The notes under the pieces were generated by a model. The model ran no database searches and had not been told where the DNA came from. It saw nothing but the letters and a program-made list of their open reading frames with translations. Shown piece by piece: positions 34,503-36,167 of a DNA stretch of 36,167 bases (position 1 is the first letter of the stretch; every line of letters begins with the position of its first letter). The DNA comes from a virus. Lineage: Duplodnaviria > Caudoviricetes. The DNA is taken from positions 1-36,167 of IMG/VR virus record IMGVR_UViG_3300015370_000007. The stretch is one strand, 5' to 3'. The position numbers were made by a program, and so were the translations under genes.

Positions 34503-34739
34503 ATGGTTGTGATCTTTCGCAGTTGCAAAACAGACACACTCAAAAATGAACAAATGAACACTGTTTGCTAGTCGTGATCTTTCGCAGTTCGCCTTTAACA
34601 TGGTTGTGATCTTTCGCAGTTCACCTTTTAGATGGTTGTGATCTTTCGCAGTTCGCCTTTAACATGGTTGTGATCTTTCGCAGTTCGGTTTAGATGGTTG
34701 TGATCTTTCGCAGTTAGATGGTTGTGATCTTTCGCAGTT
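34503..34739 (+). repeat. Iteron array, 7 x 22 bp ATGGTTGTGATCTTTCGCAGTT
   Basis: Copies at 34503, 34568 (degenerate), 34600, 34632, 34664, 34694, 34718; core period 32 bp. Confidence 0.92.
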
Positions 34740-34990
34740 AAAAACAGCGTATGCTTTGCAAAACAGCCGTTTAAGCCCGTTTTTTGAACGCCTATCCATA
34801 TCCTTATCTTTATCCTTTTATCCCTTTAGGGAGAGCCGGATTGACAAACGCGGCCATATCCTGTGGAAAAAAATTTTCGACCGCCGGTTTTCGGGTTCGC
34901 GCCAATCCGGGCAGTAGGAATAAAAACAATACGGTGTTCGCTTCGCTCACCTTAATACAATATTGAATAGAGCCCGCTAAACGCGGGCCA
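34740..34990. other. Origin accessory elements
   Basis: TATCC/TATCT repeats 34793-34827, DnaA-box-like TGTGGAAAA 34862-70, stem 34836-43/34903-10, TCGCTTCGCTC (GAGCGAAGCGA) motif 34938-48. Confidence 0.5.
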
Positions 34991-35105
34991 TTAATACCGG
35001 CTATATGAACCGATATTTAAAAATTCCGCTCAAACCATCCAGCCAGCGATCTACGGACACGTCACAGAAAAGCACTTTCAATACACTGGAACGCCGGAGA
35101 TTTTT

Positions 35106-36038
35106 ATGAACGATAGAGAATTGCTCCGATTCAAGACCGACATCAACCTGTCGGAGTACGCGGCTTTTTCCGGGTACGCCATCGACCAGAAGAAAACCTC
35201 AGCCCAATCCGTTTTTATGAAAAACGGCGGTCACGAAATTGTGATCGCCCGGGGGGAAAGCGGTCAATGGATCTATTTTACAGTGGGGTCCAAATCAGAC
35301 GACAACGGGACGATCGTCGATTTCATCCAGAACCGGACCCGGAAAAATCTCGGCCAGGTCAGACGAGAGTTGCGGCCCTGGCTCGGCTTTAAAAGGCGGC
35401 CGAAATTGAACCCGAATTCATTCGCCAGGGGGGTCCGGCCATCAGTGCCGGAGGACCTGAAAATGCTGAACACCTTCGCCGATCTGCTCGATGTCAGCGA
35501 TTCAAAATCGTCTGTCATTGAAAAATATTTTGGCAGCCTGGCAATCGGAAAGGACCTGGTCCTGAATGACAGGTTTCGGGATAAGATTAAAACCGATCGA
35601 TTGAGCAACGCTATATTTCCACACTATACCGGGAAGATCGTCTCTGGCTGGGAGATATGGAACCGTGAATTTAAGGGATTCAGCCCGGGGGGTAAAAAAT
35701 CAGTCTGGTTTTCTAACCGGTTAGATACAGACGAAACGCTGATATTATTCATTAATTCAATCGAGGCCCTGTCATATTTTCAACTATATCCGGAGGAGAT
35801 TAAAAAGACCTGGTGTATTTCAACCGGTGGATACTGGAGCAGGGAAACCGAAAACATGTTAAAAATAGCGTTTAAAACGGCCGTAAATCAAAAAATAATA
35901 ATATCCTTTGGAATGGGACAGAAAGCGGCAGATTTTGATAAATACGTCCAGAATTTGGCTAAATCGACGGTAAATAATGCAACTATTGAAAAGATATCTG
36001 CATTTAAAGGCAGTTGGAACGATGACCTGAAAAGCTAA
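35106..36038 (+). CDS. DUF3991/Toprim-like primase-family protein with degenerate catalytic motifs
   Basis: FKTDINLSEYAA..GY, DNGTIVDFIQNR..NLGQVRRELRPWLG, NAIFPH, FKGFSPGGKKSVW, STGG, WNDDL. Confidence 0.8.
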   Translation: MNDRELLRFKTDINLSEYAAFSGYAIDQKKTSAQSVFMKNGGHEIVIARGESGQWIYFTVGSKSDDNGTIVDFIQNRTRKNLGQVRRELRPWLGFKRRPKLNPNSFARGVRPSVPEDLKMLNTFADLLDVSDSKSSVIEKYFGSLAIGKDLVLNDRFRDKIKTDRLSNAIFPHYTGKIVSGWEIWNREFKGFSPGGKKSVWFSNRLDTDETLILFINSIEALSYFQLYPEEIKKTWCISTGGYWSRETENMLKIAFKTAVNQKIIISFGMGQKAADFDKYVQNLAKSTVNNATIEKISAFKGSWNDDLKS

Positions 36039-36044
36039 AAAACG

Positions 36045-36167
36045 CTGAATAAAGATCCTGTTTGAATAAAAATTTTAAAACTGATATCAATTCCTGGCAT
36101 CATGAGACTGGTTGACTGAAAAAGAACTTCAAATCGATCAAAAGAGGGAAAAATGTCATACATAGAA
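36045..36167. repeat. Terminal direct repeat, right copy
   Basis: Identical to 1-123. Confidence 0.97.

Larger units (their letters stand above)
1..36044. mobile_element. Complete circular P2/HP1-like phage-plasmid
   Basis: Circular; P2-like morphogenesis genes together with Rep-iteron origin, ParA system and resolvase; no recognisable integrase. Confidence 0.85.

Noticed and set aside
34503-34739. CRISPR array
   Set aside because: Spacers are mostly 2-10 bp and similar to each other, there are no cas genes, and the array abuts rep; these are iterons.

Overview
The window appears to be one complete circular replicon of 36,044 bp: bases 1-123 are repeated exactly at 36045-36167. It looks like a temperate P2/HP1-type myovirus that is maintained as a plasmid (a phage-plasmid). 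The GC-richer part (about 11.35-31.8 kb) holds a near-complete P2-like virion operon: portal, terminase ATPase, scaffold/protease, capsid, terminase endonuclease, head and tail completion proteins, sheath, tube, a frameshifted chaperone, tape measure and baseplate. Instead of P2's integrase, C repressor and gpA it carries a plasmid-type Rep with 7 iterons, a ParA plus small partner, a serine resolvase and a tandem Ogr/Delta-like activator. The AT-richer arm (about 1-11.3 kb) carries accessory genes, including a large lipoprotein. The most unusual observations are: (1) two sequence-divergent but structurally parallel RNA switch leaders, one before the rha cassette and one before the ogr-rep operon; (2) a further structured RNA of about 300 nt behind a near-consensus promoter; (3) a membrane cassette with a degenerate patatin at a head-tail junction, with no recognisable endolysin anywhere; (4) a carbohydrate-binding-like module inserted in the major capsid protein; (5) the terminase N-terminal HTH encoded as a separate gene; (6) a Toprim protein lacking its catalytic acids. 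All protein calls come from motif recognition by eye; no searches or folding programs were run.
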